From positions 1-62,713 of the forward strand of contig CBEUCC010000001.1 of NCBI GenBank assembly GCA_965541515.1: 62,713 nucleotides of DNA, given 5' to 3'. This document shows positions 51,316 through 60,900 of the stretch, one piece after another. A model generated the notes under the pieces. It was not told the origin of the DNA, did not search any database, and saw only the letters and a program-made list of their open reading frames with translations. The DNA is from an uncultured Thermoplasmata archaeon. GTDB lineage: Archaea; Thermoplasmatota; DTKX01; DATEUP01. A program made the position numbers and the translations under genes. Numbering within the stretch: the first letter of the stretch is position 1; every line of letters starts with the position of its first letter.

Positions 51316-52188
51316 CTCGGGCGCTCCCCCGCTTGGGGGGGGCGCAGGCTTCACCCGCGCGTCGAGGCACACGTGGTCGATCCCGGGTGCGAATGACTTC
51401 ACCTCGCGCTCCCCGACGACTTCCACGCGCCACGAACTGCCCGCGGCCTTGGCCAGCGCCCGCCGGGCATCCTCGAACTTCGTCTCCTGCGGGTAGGCCT
51501 CGTGGTAGTGGATGACGCCGCCCGCGGGCTTGAGGCACGAGAGCGCCGTCGGGAGGAAGGCCTCCGTCCCGTGGACATACCCCATAAGGACGCGGTCTGC
51601 CACGCCCCGCGGCGCGACATCGCGGCAGTCGCCAAGGAGGGGCTCGACCGTGTCCTGCACCTTGTTGAGGCGGGCGTTCTCGACCAGGAACGAGTGCGCG
51701 TCCGGGTTGACTTCGCACGCGACCACCCGCGCGGCGCCTGCGCGCATGGCCACCGGGAGCGTGAAGTAGCCGATCCCCGCGAACAGGTCAACCACGGTCT
51801 CGCCCCGGCAGTCGAGCGCGCCCATGCGCGCGCGTTCCGCTTGGTTCCCTGAGGCGAACATCACATTCAGGGGGTCGAACGCAAACACGATGCCGTTCTC
51901 CCTGTGGAGGCAGCGCGTGTCCCCACCCCAAAGGTGGCGCGCGCGCGGGGTGCGCGTCGGCCCCGGGCGGACGCCGAGGTCCTCGACGACGCTGCGCGCG
52001 CCAAGGGCCGGCCCGACGGCCGCCGCAGCCGCGAGGCGCTTCTCGTCCGGGACACCGGCCAGAAACTGCACCACGATGACGTCGCCGTACCGTTCCCAGC
52101 CGTGGCGCAGCACCTGCTCCCACGGGACGCCGAGGGCCGCCTCGAGGGCAGCGTCGGGAGCGCGCTTGGACTCCGCCACCTCAACCAC
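51253..52188 (-). CDS. trm5: tRNA (guanine37-N1)-methyltransferase Trm5/Taw22-like (Met-10+ family SAM methyltransferase)
   Basis: ...ETVVDLFAGIGYFTLPVA...VVACEVNPDAHSFLVENARLNKV... The start is moved to the in-frame GTG at 52188 (VVEVAESK...) with a TATA-like element about 40 nt upstream. The stop (51253-51255) lies inside the tRNA-Ile gene on the opposite strand. Confidence 0.75.
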   Translation of the reverse strand: MVEVAESKRAPDAALEAALGVPWEQVLRHGWERYGDVIVVQFLAGVPDEKRLAAAAAVGPALGARSVVEDLGVRPGPTRTPRARHLWGGDTRCLHRENGIVFAFDPLNVMFASGNQAERARMGALDCRGETVVDLFAGIGYFTLPVAMRAGAARVVACEVNPDAHSFLVENARLNKVQDTVEPLLGDCRDVAPRGVADRVLMGYVHGTEAFLPTALSCLKPAGGVIHYHEAYPQETKFEDARRALAKAAGSSWRVEVVGEREVKSFAPGIDHVCLDARVKPAPPPSGGAPEWARPDSNGRPPGYQPGAPAS

Positions 52189-52261
52189 CCCGCGGTCGCC
52201 ACGCAAGGCACGCCGTGAAAAGAAGTTATAGCGTCCCCCCCAATTCCGCCGGAGGGTTCCT

Positions 52262-52999
52262 TTGCGCTCCGGCCAGCGCGCATGTGCCGTGGGTGCTATC
52301 CTCCTACTGCTGCCCGTGGCGGGGCTGCTCGCGGCCCCCGCCGGTGCCGTCCCTATGGCCTCCGGGCAGGACACGCGCGACACGGCGCTCATTCCCCAGT
52401 TCAACTTCACGGCAGTCGAGGTGCGGCCCGGCGAGTCCGGGGCGGTCGAGGTGACCGTCACGAACCGGTACAATCAGACGGTCTACTCGCTCCAGGTGGC
52501 GCTGGCGTTTCAGGTCGGCGGCGAGTGGCGGCACGCGCGCCCCGTCGCGGAGTTGGACGACCCGCCCCGGTTTGACCCGGCCTCGCGGGGGCCCCCACAC
52601 GACCTTGCGCCGGGAGAGAACGTGACGGTGACCGCGCCATTCACGACGACCGCTGCCACGCCCGAGGGCGTCTACCTGGTCAGCCTCGTCGTCCGCTTCT
52701 CGTTCCTCGACGCGTCGAACCTCACGCGGGGGGCAGTTCTCAAGTCGTTGGGGGCGATCGCCTCCGAGAGCAACACGTCGCTCGTTGACATGACGAACTA
52801 CACGGCGACCCTTGAGGTGCTCGGGATTGACGGCGTGGCCCCCGACACCTCGGTCATCGTGGACTCGCACTCCGGGGAGGCGCTCTACTGGCAGGCGGTC
52901 GCCGCTGGCGTGGTCATCGTCGCCATCGGGTTCGGCCTGGCGGCGTACCTCGGGCGGCGCGCGGCCAAGCGGCCCCCCGCCAGGAGGAAACGCCGGTGA
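52262..52999 (+). CDS. Secreted beta-sandwich (CARDB/NEW3-like) protein with C-terminal TM anchor, paralog A
   Basis: Signal ...AVGAILLLLPVAGLLAAPAGA. FNFTAVEVRPGESGAVEVTVTNRYNQTVYSLQV... TM AAGVVIVAIGFGLAAYL plus basic tail. The stop overlaps the next gene's start (GTGA). Confidence 0.65.
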   Translation: MRSGQRACAVGAILLLLPVAGLLAAPAGAVPMASGQDTRDTALIPQFNFTAVEVRPGESGAVEVTVTNRYNQTVYSLQVALAFQVGGEWRHARPVAELDDPPRFDPASRGPPHDLAPGENVTVTAPFTTTAATPEGVYLVSLVVRFSFLDASNLTRGAVLKSLGAIASESNTSLVDMTNYTATLEVLGIDGVAPDTSVIVDSHSGEALYWQAVAAGVVIVAIGFGLAAYLGRRAAKRPPARRKRR

Positions 53000-53835
53000 G
53001 CGGAGGGCGCACGGCCCCCTCGGCTGCGGCGGCTGCGGCGGCGGCCCTTGCCGTCGTCTGCCTCCTGCCTGGGGCCGCGTTGGCCGAGTCCATGGACGAG
53101 ATGATCCGACCGGGCAACATGCCCCGCTTCGATTTCGTCGCGATCGACGCCGGCGTCGAGCCCGGGTCGGCGGCCGTGTACGGGTTCGACCTGCTCAACC
53201 GCTACAACGCGTCGATGGAGAACGTGCGCGTCACCATGGAGATCTACCGGTGGGCCGACCAGGACAGCAGCCGCCCAGTGGAGGAGGTCGGCCGGCCCCC
53301 GTGGTTCGAGACATCCGGAGGGCTCGGCCGGACCGTCACCTTCGCCGACGTGGGCCCCAACGCCACCGTCGAGGTGCGGGAGACCGTCCGCGCGTCGCAG
53401 GACGCCCTGGAGGGGGTCTACTTCACGCGCCACACAATCGAGTTCGACTACCCGAACTTCACATCGGGGCCGTTCGACCCGCCACAAACGCGGCACTTCG
53501 TCCTGAAGTCGCGCGGTTACTTCACGCAGGAGCAGTTCGAGTCGATCAACTACAGCGACCTCGAGCCGAGCCTCGCTGCGCTGAACATCTCGGGGGTCGT
53601 CCCCGACTCGTCGCTCTCCGTGAAACGGCCGGTGCCGCTGTGGCCGCTCGCGCTCGTCGTCGGCGCGGCGGCGGCCACAGGCGGGCTGGCGTATGCGTCC
53701 TACCTCGCTGACATGCACCCCGACCGGTACCCCCGCCTGAAGCGGAACCTGCTGCGGTGGTCAGGGGCGTTGCGCGTCCGGCGGGTGTTGTTCGTCGAAG
53801 GCATGAAGGAGCGGATCGCCCGTCCCAAGAGGTAG
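52996..53835 (+). CDS. Secreted beta-sandwich protein with C-terminal TM anchor, paralog B
   Basis: RFDFVAIDAGVEPGSAAVYGFDLLNRYNASMENVRV... is collinear with paralog A. The 4-nt start/stop overlap suggests translational coupling. Confidence 0.65.
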   Translation: MSGGRTAPSAAAAAAAALAVVCLLPGAALAESMDEMIRPGNMPRFDFVAIDAGVEPGSAAVYGFDLLNRYNASMENVRVTMEIYRWADQDSSRPVEEVGRPPWFETSGGLGRTVTFADVGPNATVEVRETVRASQDALEGVYFTRHTIEFDYPNFTSGPFDPPQTRHFVLKSRGYFTQEQFESINYSDLEPSLAALNISGVVPDSSLSVKRPVPLWPLALVVGAAAATGGLAYASYLADMHPDRYPRLKRNLLRWSGALRVRRVLFVEGMKERIARPKR

Positions 53836-53893
53836 GAATCCGGAGAAATCGTCTCAGTTTCTGTATGCGATTAGGGTCTATTCATCTCAAAAT

Positions 53894-53920
53894 GCATAAC
53901 ATATTATATGTCTTATATGC
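53894..53920. promoter_or_regulatory. AT-rich imperfect palindrome GCATAACATATTATATGTCTTATATGC spanning the fic start codon (core ACATAT-T-ATATGT at 53899-53911)
   Basis: Perfect 13-nt palindrome seen directly. It sits in the only strongly AT-rich stretch of this region. Confidence 0.4.
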
Positions 53921-54831
53921 GTTACAAGCTAATCGTGGATAATCGCATACTGGAGGAGCTGCGGACAGCGTTCCTGACACGCCGGCCAATAGACGACCTC
54001 CCCGACGAAGTCTGGAAGCGTACTGCGGCCTTGAACACGTGGGGGACCAACGCCCTCGAAGGGAACACGCTTACGTGGGCCGACGTGGACAAACTCCTCC
54101 TACAACAGAAGGGTGTCTCCGATCGACCTACCTCCGACATCCTGGAAACGCTCCAGCACGAGCAAGCCTTTCGAAGCCTGGTGGCCCAAAAGAAGGCACC
54201 CCTCACCCTCGTCGCTGTCCAGGAAATGCACCTGTCGGTCTTCCGTGGGGTTACTGGAAAGGACGCCGGCCAGTGGCGAAGGATCAACGTGCGAATTGGC
54301 GAGACCGCCTACCGGCCCCCCTCGATGGAGAAGGTCGTCCCCGAGATGGAGCGTTGGATCGCCGAATACGAGCGGCGCGACTTGGGGGCCGAGGAGACCT
54401 TCGCCCTTGCGGTGTGGATGCACCACCGGTTCGAATCGATCCACCCCTTCCGAGACGGCAATGGGCGCGTAGGGCGCCTCCTGCTCAACCTGCATTTCCT
54501 GAAGCGGAACTGGGCCCCTGTTCACTTGGGTCCGCCCGACCGCAAGGACTACCTGCAGGCGCTTCAGGCCGGACACGAGGGCAACTTCGCGCCGCTCATC
54601 CACCTGCTCCAGTCGGCGATGGCAGCTTCGTTGCTCGATCTACTTGACCAAGTCGGGTCAGGGCGCGATACGCTGGCCCCGCTCGGCTCCCTCTCGAAGA
54701 GGTCGGGCTACACCGCGCATTACATGGCGCTCCGGGCCCTGCAGGGGGAGTTGCCAGCGGTCAAGGAAGGGGGCCGTTGGAGGAGCAGCCCGAGGGCGGT
54801 CGAACTGTACGCGAAGTACGTAGGCCGGTAG
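53908..54831 (+). CDS. fic: Fic-family protein (AMPylase-type) with intramolecular inhibitory helix motif
   Basis: Fic motif HPFRDGNGRVGR. N-terminal TNALEG matches the (S/T)xxxE(G/N) autoinhibition motif. An alternative ATG is at 53917. Confidence 0.85.
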   Translation: MSYMRYKLIVDNRILEELRTAFLTRRPIDDLPDEVWKRTAALNTWGTNALEGNTLTWADVDKLLLQQKGVSDRPTSDILETLQHEQAFRSLVAQKKAPLTLVAVQEMHLSVFRGVTGKDAGQWRRINVRIGETAYRPPSMEKVVPEMERWIAEYERRDLGAEETFALAVWMHHRFESIHPFRDGNGRVGRLLLNLHFLKRNWAPVHLGPPDRKDYLQALQAGHEGNFAPLIHLLQSAMAASLLDLLDQVGSGRDTLAPLGSLSKRSGYTAHYMALRALQGELPAVKEGGRWRSSPRAVELYAKYVGR

Positions 54832-54907
54832 GGGAGATTGATTCAAGACCCATCTGATTGGAACCGACAGACAAACCGGAGCAAGACAATCCTTGGCGGA
54901 ATACCCC

Positions 54908-55879
54908 ATGAAAGCCATCGTCTGTGACAAATATGGTTCACCCGATGTTCTTCGACTCGAAGAGGTCCCGAAGCCGACCCCCTCGGACGATGAAGTCCTG
55001 GTCAAAGTGCATGCGGCATCCGTCAATTCAGCAGACTTTGAACTGCTGAGAGGGAAGCCGTGGCTGATCCGCCTGGGTGGGCTTCGAAGACCCATGCACC
55101 GCATACTCGGATCGGACATAGCGGGGCGGGTTGAAGCGGTAGGCAGAAACGTCAAGGAGTTTCAGCCAGGGGACGAGGTATTTGGCGACATCAGCCGGAG
55201 TGGTTGGGGCGGTTTTGCTGAGTACGTCTGCGCTCCCGAAAGTGCATTGGTGGCAAAACCGGCCAGTCTGGCCTTCGAGGAAGCCGCGGCCGTTCCGCAA
55301 ACGGCAGTCATGGCCCTCCAGGGCCTTCGCCAGTACGGGAATATCCAGACTGGGCAGAAGGTTCTGATCAATGGGGCGGGTGGTGGTGTGGGTTCGTTTG
55401 CGGTGCAGATGGTCCGGTCATTCGGGGCTGAAGTCACTGGCGTGGACAGCGCGATGAAACTGGACATGATGGCCTCGATCGGTGCAGACCATGTCATCGA
55501 CTACGCCAAGGAGGATTTCACCAAGAATGGCAAGCACTATGACCTGATTATTGATTGCGCGCTCCATCGTTCGATCCGTGCATGCAAGCGCGCGCTTAGT
55601 CCCGGGGGGAGGTATGTCATGATCGGGGGGTCCATGACTCGGGTTTTCGGGGCGATGCTCGTCGGACGATTGGTGTCACCGACCAAGGGGAAGAGAATGA
55701 TACTCCTGGTCCATAGACCCAACAAGGATCTGGCTCTTATCATCGAATTCCTGGAAGCTGGCAAGGTAGTACCGGTGATCGATCAACGGTACACGCTGCT
55801 CGAGGTTCCTGAAGCCGTCCGGTATATTGAAGAAGGACGCTCCAAAGGAAAACTGGTCATCACCATGGGCGCTCTCTAG
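54908..55879 (+). CDS. Zinc-type alcohol dehydrogenase / NADPH:quinone oxidoreductase family protein
   Basis: MKAIVCDKYGSPDVLRLEEVPKP...VLVKVHAASVN..., GAGGGVGSFAVQ nucleotide-binding motif. Confidence 0.8.
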   Translation: MKAIVCDKYGSPDVLRLEEVPKPTPSDDEVLVKVHAASVNSADFELLRGKPWLIRLGGLRRPMHRILGSDIAGRVEAVGRNVKEFQPGDEVFGDISRSGWGGFAEYVCAPESALVAKPASLAFEEAAAVPQTAVMALQGLRQYGNIQTGQKVLINGAGGGVGSFAVQMVRSFGAEVTGVDSAMKLDMMASIGADHVIDYAKEDFTKNGKHYDLIIDCALHRSIRACKRALSPGGRYVMIGGSMTRVFGAMLVGRLVSPTKGKRMILLVHRPNKDLALIIEFLEAGKVVPVIDQRYTLLEVPEAVRYIEEGRSKGKLVITMGAL

Positions 55880-55908
55880 ATGAAACCAATCCGGGCCCAG
55901 GCGAATTC

Positions 55909-57123
55909 CTACAACAGCGCTCGCACCGCCGGCCCCGTTAGCCGGAGCAACTGCGGGCTCTTGCGCAGCGCGACGCGCGCGAGCTTCGACGGGAAGTCGA
56001 TGTCTCCGTGCTTGACGATGAGTGCCTTCAGCGCCGGGTCGTCCATGACCTTCACCGCGTAGTCGAGTTGCTTGTCGCTCATCTCGCCCATCATCCGGTG
56101 GAGCAGCTTCGCCTGCTTGAGCTCCTTCCCGATCGCGGCGGTCCACGCCTCCTGGTACGCCGACAGGAAATCCGCCGAGAGGTCGCCGGCGTCGAGTGCC
56201 TCGCTCGCTGTCTGCGCGCAGTGCACCGCAGAGGTGAGCCCCATGTAGAGGCCGCCGCCCGTCGTCTGCTTGACTTGGGCCGCCGCGTCGCCCACGATCA
56301 TCACGCGGTCGTCGAACGTACGCTTCAGCATCCCGAACGGGATGGCCGATAGCACATACTCGAGCTCTTGGGGCGTGCCGTAGCGCTCCTTGAACCAGTC
56401 GGCGCCAATGAGCCTCTTGAGGTACTCGAGCGCGACGCCCTTGCGGCCGTCGATCCCTAGCCCCACGAGCCCAGACGACTCGTCGTAGGGGATGATCCAC
56501 GCGAAGAAGCCGGGGGCGATGTCGCGGCCCGCGAAGAGCTCTACGGTGTCCGGGTCGAGCCGGAGGCCCTCGCAGTGCAGTTCGATCGACGGGATGAGCT
56601 TCTCCGGGTGGGAGAGGTCGAACCACCAGGCGACCTGCGACTGGACGCCATCGGCGCCGATGAGCAGCCGCGTGCGGACGGAGGTGGGCTCCGCCTCCCC
56701 GCGGCGAAGCGTCACGTCGACGCCGTCCGCCCCGCGGATCGCGGCCTCGGCACGCGTGCCAAGCGAAAGTTGCGCGCCCTGCTTGATGGCCAGACGCGCG
56801 AACGCCTTGTCAAAGTAGGAGCGGTTGACCACGTACGCGCGTGTGTCGGGGGCCTTGAAGGAGAGCCATCGGCCGCCCGGCGCGCGGGCGTTGGCGCCTT
56901 TCAGGGTGTTGAGCACCACACCCCTCGTTTGCCGGAAGTCCGCGTCGGGCAGGTCGAAGACGCGCGGCGTGATGCAGCCGCCGCACTGGATGGGCCGGCC
57001 GACCTCGTTGTGCTCCTCGACCACGAGGACGCGGTGCCCGCGCTTGGCAATCTGGGCTGCCGTGTAGCAGCCGATGGGGCCACCGCCGACAACGACCGCG
57101 TCGAAGACGCCCTCTCCTGGCAC
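55909..57123 (-). CDS. Geranylgeranyl reductase family flavoprotein (digeranylgeranylglycerophospholipid reductase-like)
   Basis: FDAVVVGGGPIGCYTAAQIAKRGHRVLVVEE (FAD GxGxxG), ...PIQCGGCIT..., MIVGDAAAQVKQTTGGG. Confidence 0.8.
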   Translation of the reverse strand: MPGEGVFDAVVVGGGPIGCYTAAQIAKRGHRVLVVEEHNEVGRPIQCGGCITPRVFDLPDADFRQTRGVVLNTLKGANARAPGGRWLSFKAPDTRAYVVNRSYFDKAFARLAIKQGAQLSLGTRAEAAIRGADGVDVTLRRGEAEPTSVRTRLLIGADGVQSQVAWWFDLSHPEKLIPSIELHCEGLRLDPDTVELFAGRDIAPGFFAWIIPYDESSGLVGLGIDGRKGVALEYLKRLIGADWFKERYGTPQELEYVLSAIPFGMLKRTFDDRVMIVGDAAAQVKQTTGGGLYMGLTSAVHCAQTASEALDAGDLSADFLSAYQEAWTAAIGKELKQAKLLHRMMGEMSDKQLDYAVKVMDDPALKALIVKHGDIDFPSKLARVALRKSPQLLRLTGPAVRALL

Positions 57124-57183
57124 GGCCGCGCGATCGCGGGGGCCCGGTATAAATACGCACCCGGAGGATCATTGCAGGAGACA

Positions 57184-57870
57184 ATGGCGAAGCGAAAGCG
57201 GCGCTCCCTAGAGGAGGCGGTGGCCCAAGCGGAGTCGGTCCTGAGGGAGAAGGACACGCTGCGCGAGGGCGCGCTGCGCGACGCGCGCGAGATCCAGCGC
57301 GCGGCGGCCCGGGTGCTGCGCGGCGGCGTCGGGAAGACGAAGGCTGCGCGGGCGGCCACGCGCGAGCAACTGGAGCTTGCGTCCGCGCATTCACGCACGC
57401 TTAGCCGCACGCTCAAGGGCCACCCGGAGTTGTACGGGGCCGGGTTCCTGGTGACGCCGCTCCAGGAGCTTGCCGAGGCCTACATCCTCCTCGCGCGCAT
57501 CGAAGGGGTGGACGTCCCCACGCACGAAGAGATCGCGGTGACGCCCGCGGCGTTCCTGCTGGGCGCGGCCGACGCGATCGGGGAGTTTCGGCGCCAACTC
57601 GTCGAGGCGGTCCGCGAGGGCCGGATCGCCGACGCGGAGGACGAACTCGGTGCGATGGAGACGGCGTACTTGGCACTCTCGGGGATTGCGCTGCCCGACG
57701 CGCTCGTCCCGATCCGCAAGAAGATGGACGTTTCGCGGTCGCTCCTCGAGCGCTCGCGCGGCGAGGTGGCGCTGGCGGTGCGGATGCACGAGCATGAGAA
57801 GGCAATCCGGAAGGCGGCGCGCCCAAAAGGTGGCAGGCGGGGGACGGGCAAGAAGGCCAGGCGTAGGTAG
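57184..57870 (+). CDS. Translin-family protein
   Basis: ...LQELAEAYILLARIEG..., FLLGAADAIGEFRRQL..., PIRKKMDVSRSLLERSRGE follow the translin pattern. ATG at 57184 (the track ORF from 56575 is over-extended through the antisense of the reductase gene). Confidence 0.7.
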   Translation: MAKRKRRSLEEAVAQAESVLREKDTLREGALRDAREIQRAAARVLRGGVGKTKAARAATREQLELASAHSRTLSRTLKGHPELYGAGFLVTPLQELAEAYILLARIEGVDVPTHEEIAVTPAAFLLGAADAIGEFRRQLVEAVREGRIADAEDELGAMETAYLALSGIALPDALVPIRKKMDVSRSLLERSRGEVALAVRMHEHEKAIRKAARPKGGRRGTGKKARRR

Positions 57871-57959
57871 CGCCGGATTTGTCGGTCGTCCCAAACCGGC
57901 AGGCTCTTAGCGTTTTCAAACGGACGGCCCAAGGGCTGGATGGGGGTCTGGCGATACCG

Positions 57960-60900
57960 ATGAGAGGGGGAGACCGGCGACCTCCTGGGATGCGGTGGGT
58001 GCTGTGGGGGGCGGCCGCGGGCCTCCTGGTTGTCGCGCTCACGTTGCTCGCTGCACCCGCCCAAGCCGCCAACTACACGATCAACGGCGACTGGGTCATC
58101 GGACCTAGCGAGTTCGTGTCGAACGTTAGCGACAACATCACGGTGTTTGGAGACGTCATCGTTCAGGGGATGCTTTCCCTTCAGAACTGCACGCTCAACG
58201 TGACCTATCTTCCCAGCCCCCCGCCCCCGCAGATCGCACGGCTCGGGCATGTTATCGTGACCGGGCAACTTACTGTCATCAATACGACTGTGACGTTTGA
58301 CGTGGGGCTCGGCGGGTCTCTGACCGTCCCTAACGGGTTCCGCGTAAGCTCCTCCGGACGCGTAACGATCCGTGATTACGACAACATCCCGTCAACGCCT
58401 GGGGACGCGAGCTACGTGAGGGCGACGCAGGCGGGAACCTACTCCACGTTCGCTCCGGGAGCGGACATTGCAATCTGGAACTCCTACTACGACGACGCCG
58501 GGTGGGACGGGTACCCGGGCTTGGCGCTTAACGGGACTACATTCTACGCGAACCAGGTCAACTTCGCAAACAGACCCACGAACATGCCGGGCACGTTTGG
58601 CGGCATCACGGTGGTACGGGCGCGAAACAACGTCAGTGGTTCGCTCGGCAATTCCACTTTCAATGCGACGGCTGCGCCCGCCATGGTCGATGTGATGGCC
58701 TTGGACGTACAGGCCAGCCCCGGCCTGTACCTCAACGGCCTGAACATCGACGGGTTCCGGCGGGGAGTCGTGTGGGCCAACGACGCGGGCGTATACATGT
58801 ACAACCTGACGTTCATCGGACACGGCACCGGCGTCGAGTTCTCGAACATGACCAACTCGAGCATCTGGGGCACCACCACCGGTGGCGCCGCGGGCTACCC
58901 ATCGGGTCCGGGGTGGCCGCCCGCGGGGACGTTGGTGGCGATCCGTCAGTCCCAGAACATCTGGGTCACGGAGACCCGGGGCAACGCCGGGCTGGCGGTG
59001 GGCGGGTTCCTCTCCCCAACACTCATTGCGGTCCTCGCATCGCAGGACGTGCACATTCCCTCGGTCGACTCGAACCTCGCCGCCAGGTTCGGCGCAGTGG
59101 AGGGCTCCACGCGGGTGTGGGTAAACAACGTCACGGCCTCCGGCCTTCTTGACGGCCTCGTGGTATCGAATTCCGATAGTTTGTGGATTGACAACGTGAC
59201 CCTATCTGGCCCAGGAGCCCGGTTGGAGGTGTCCGGGGCGCGGTTTGTGTGGATCCTGAACACCCATTTTGACCAGCCGACCGGGCTTGCCATTTTTGTG
59301 AACGCCTCATTCAATGTCACCTTGGAAGCTACGAGCGCGAACGCGGAAGCAGGGATCTACGTGCGGGGGTCGGCCAACCTGTCGCTGGTCGATGTCGCGC
59401 TTAACGTCACTCAGAGCGCTGTCTCGATCTTCAACACCGGTTTCGTGGACATCGTGCGCCTGTCCGTTACGGGGACCGGGAGCGGCCTGACGATCAGCAA
59501 CGTGTTTCAGATGAGGCTACAAGACGCGACCATCGAGCATGCCGCTAGAGGAATCGACGCCTACGACCTGCGGGGTGCCCTCTTGGACGGGGCCGCCATG
59601 CGGTCGCCCCAGGGCGTGGAGGCCAGCGAGGTAGTTCATGTCCGCTACTCGCAGGGGGTGACGCTTAGGAATCTCTCCTTCTCGGGCAACTGCACTACAT
59701 TTGGAAAGATACAGAACACGGACATTGTTGCTGTGGAGCGACTCAGCGTTTCGGGGTGCCAGCGCGGCTTGGAGTTCGAGTCCGACAACTTCGTCACTGC
59801 CCGAAATGTCACCATCGTGGGGACGTGGAACGGGACCGGACTCAGGCTCGACACGGTGACTGATGTGCTCTTGGAGAACATCCGCGTGGATGGGGCTGCG
59901 GACCTTGGTTTGTCGGTGTCGCTGGCTGTGCGCCTCCAGGCGACATCAATCAACGTAACGGCCTCCGGCGCTGCCGGCGCGATTTTCTCCGCGTGCACCG
60001 ACCTCGACCTTTCGGACAGCGAGTTCTCGACATCGGGCGGCACAGGCCTCCTGCTCCTGAGCAACTACGAACCTGTGCAATTGTCAGGCCTGGCGCTTCG
60101 GGGAAACGACAACGGGCTCCGGCTCCTCTCCACAAAGAACGCTACCGTAACCCAAGTGGAGGCGTCCAACAACGCGGGGGACGGCGTCTTCCTTGACTCC
60201 GATTCGACGAATGTGCTGCTGCGTGACCTCAAACTCATCGGCAACGGCCGGAACGGACTGCTCGTCGACGCGACCGGTGCGGCGCTCATCGACGGCAATA
60301 TCTCCGCGAACGACTGGGACGGGATCGCCGCTGGCCGGGGCATCCGCCTCTCCTGGCTCGTCGAGGTAGCCGCCTCGTTCACGGACGGGAGCGCCCGGCT
60401 GCCGGGCGACCTCACCATCTTGCCCGGCGCCAGGTTCTGGCTCGTCCGCGCGACGCTGCGTCCCGACGCGACCCCGATCTCGGCGCGGCCGACCGCATGG
60501 AACGTTTGGTCTTTTGGCGAAGCGTCGACGGTTTTCTTTGAAGGCGCTACAGTGGACCCCGTCAACCGCTCGGCCGCATACGCGATCGAATTCGCCTCCG
60601 GGAGCTCCGTGTCGATCCGCGGGTCCGACTTCGTGGGCGCCGGCCGCGACGACGCCCGGTCGCGCGTGGCCGCCGCCGACTCATCGTTGGAGATTATGTT
60701 CAGCACGTTCACGGGTTTCCACTCGCCCCTCGTCGTCACCGGGGGAACCCTGCGGTTTGTCGATACGCTCTTCTTCGACAACAAGGACGGGCTCTCGGCC
60801 ACGGGGACGACCCTTGCGGTCTCCAACCTCACGGTTCAAGACGCCGACGGCGACGGCATCGTCTTCACCGGTGGCGGTCTGTCCAGCGGGGATCGGATCC

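Noticed and set aside
55676-56626. 316-aa minus-strand ORF and the 56575-57183 N-terminal extension of the translin ORF
   Set aside because: The first is out of frame with the geranylgeranyl reductase gene. The second is antisense to it, and translin homology starts only at ATG 57184.
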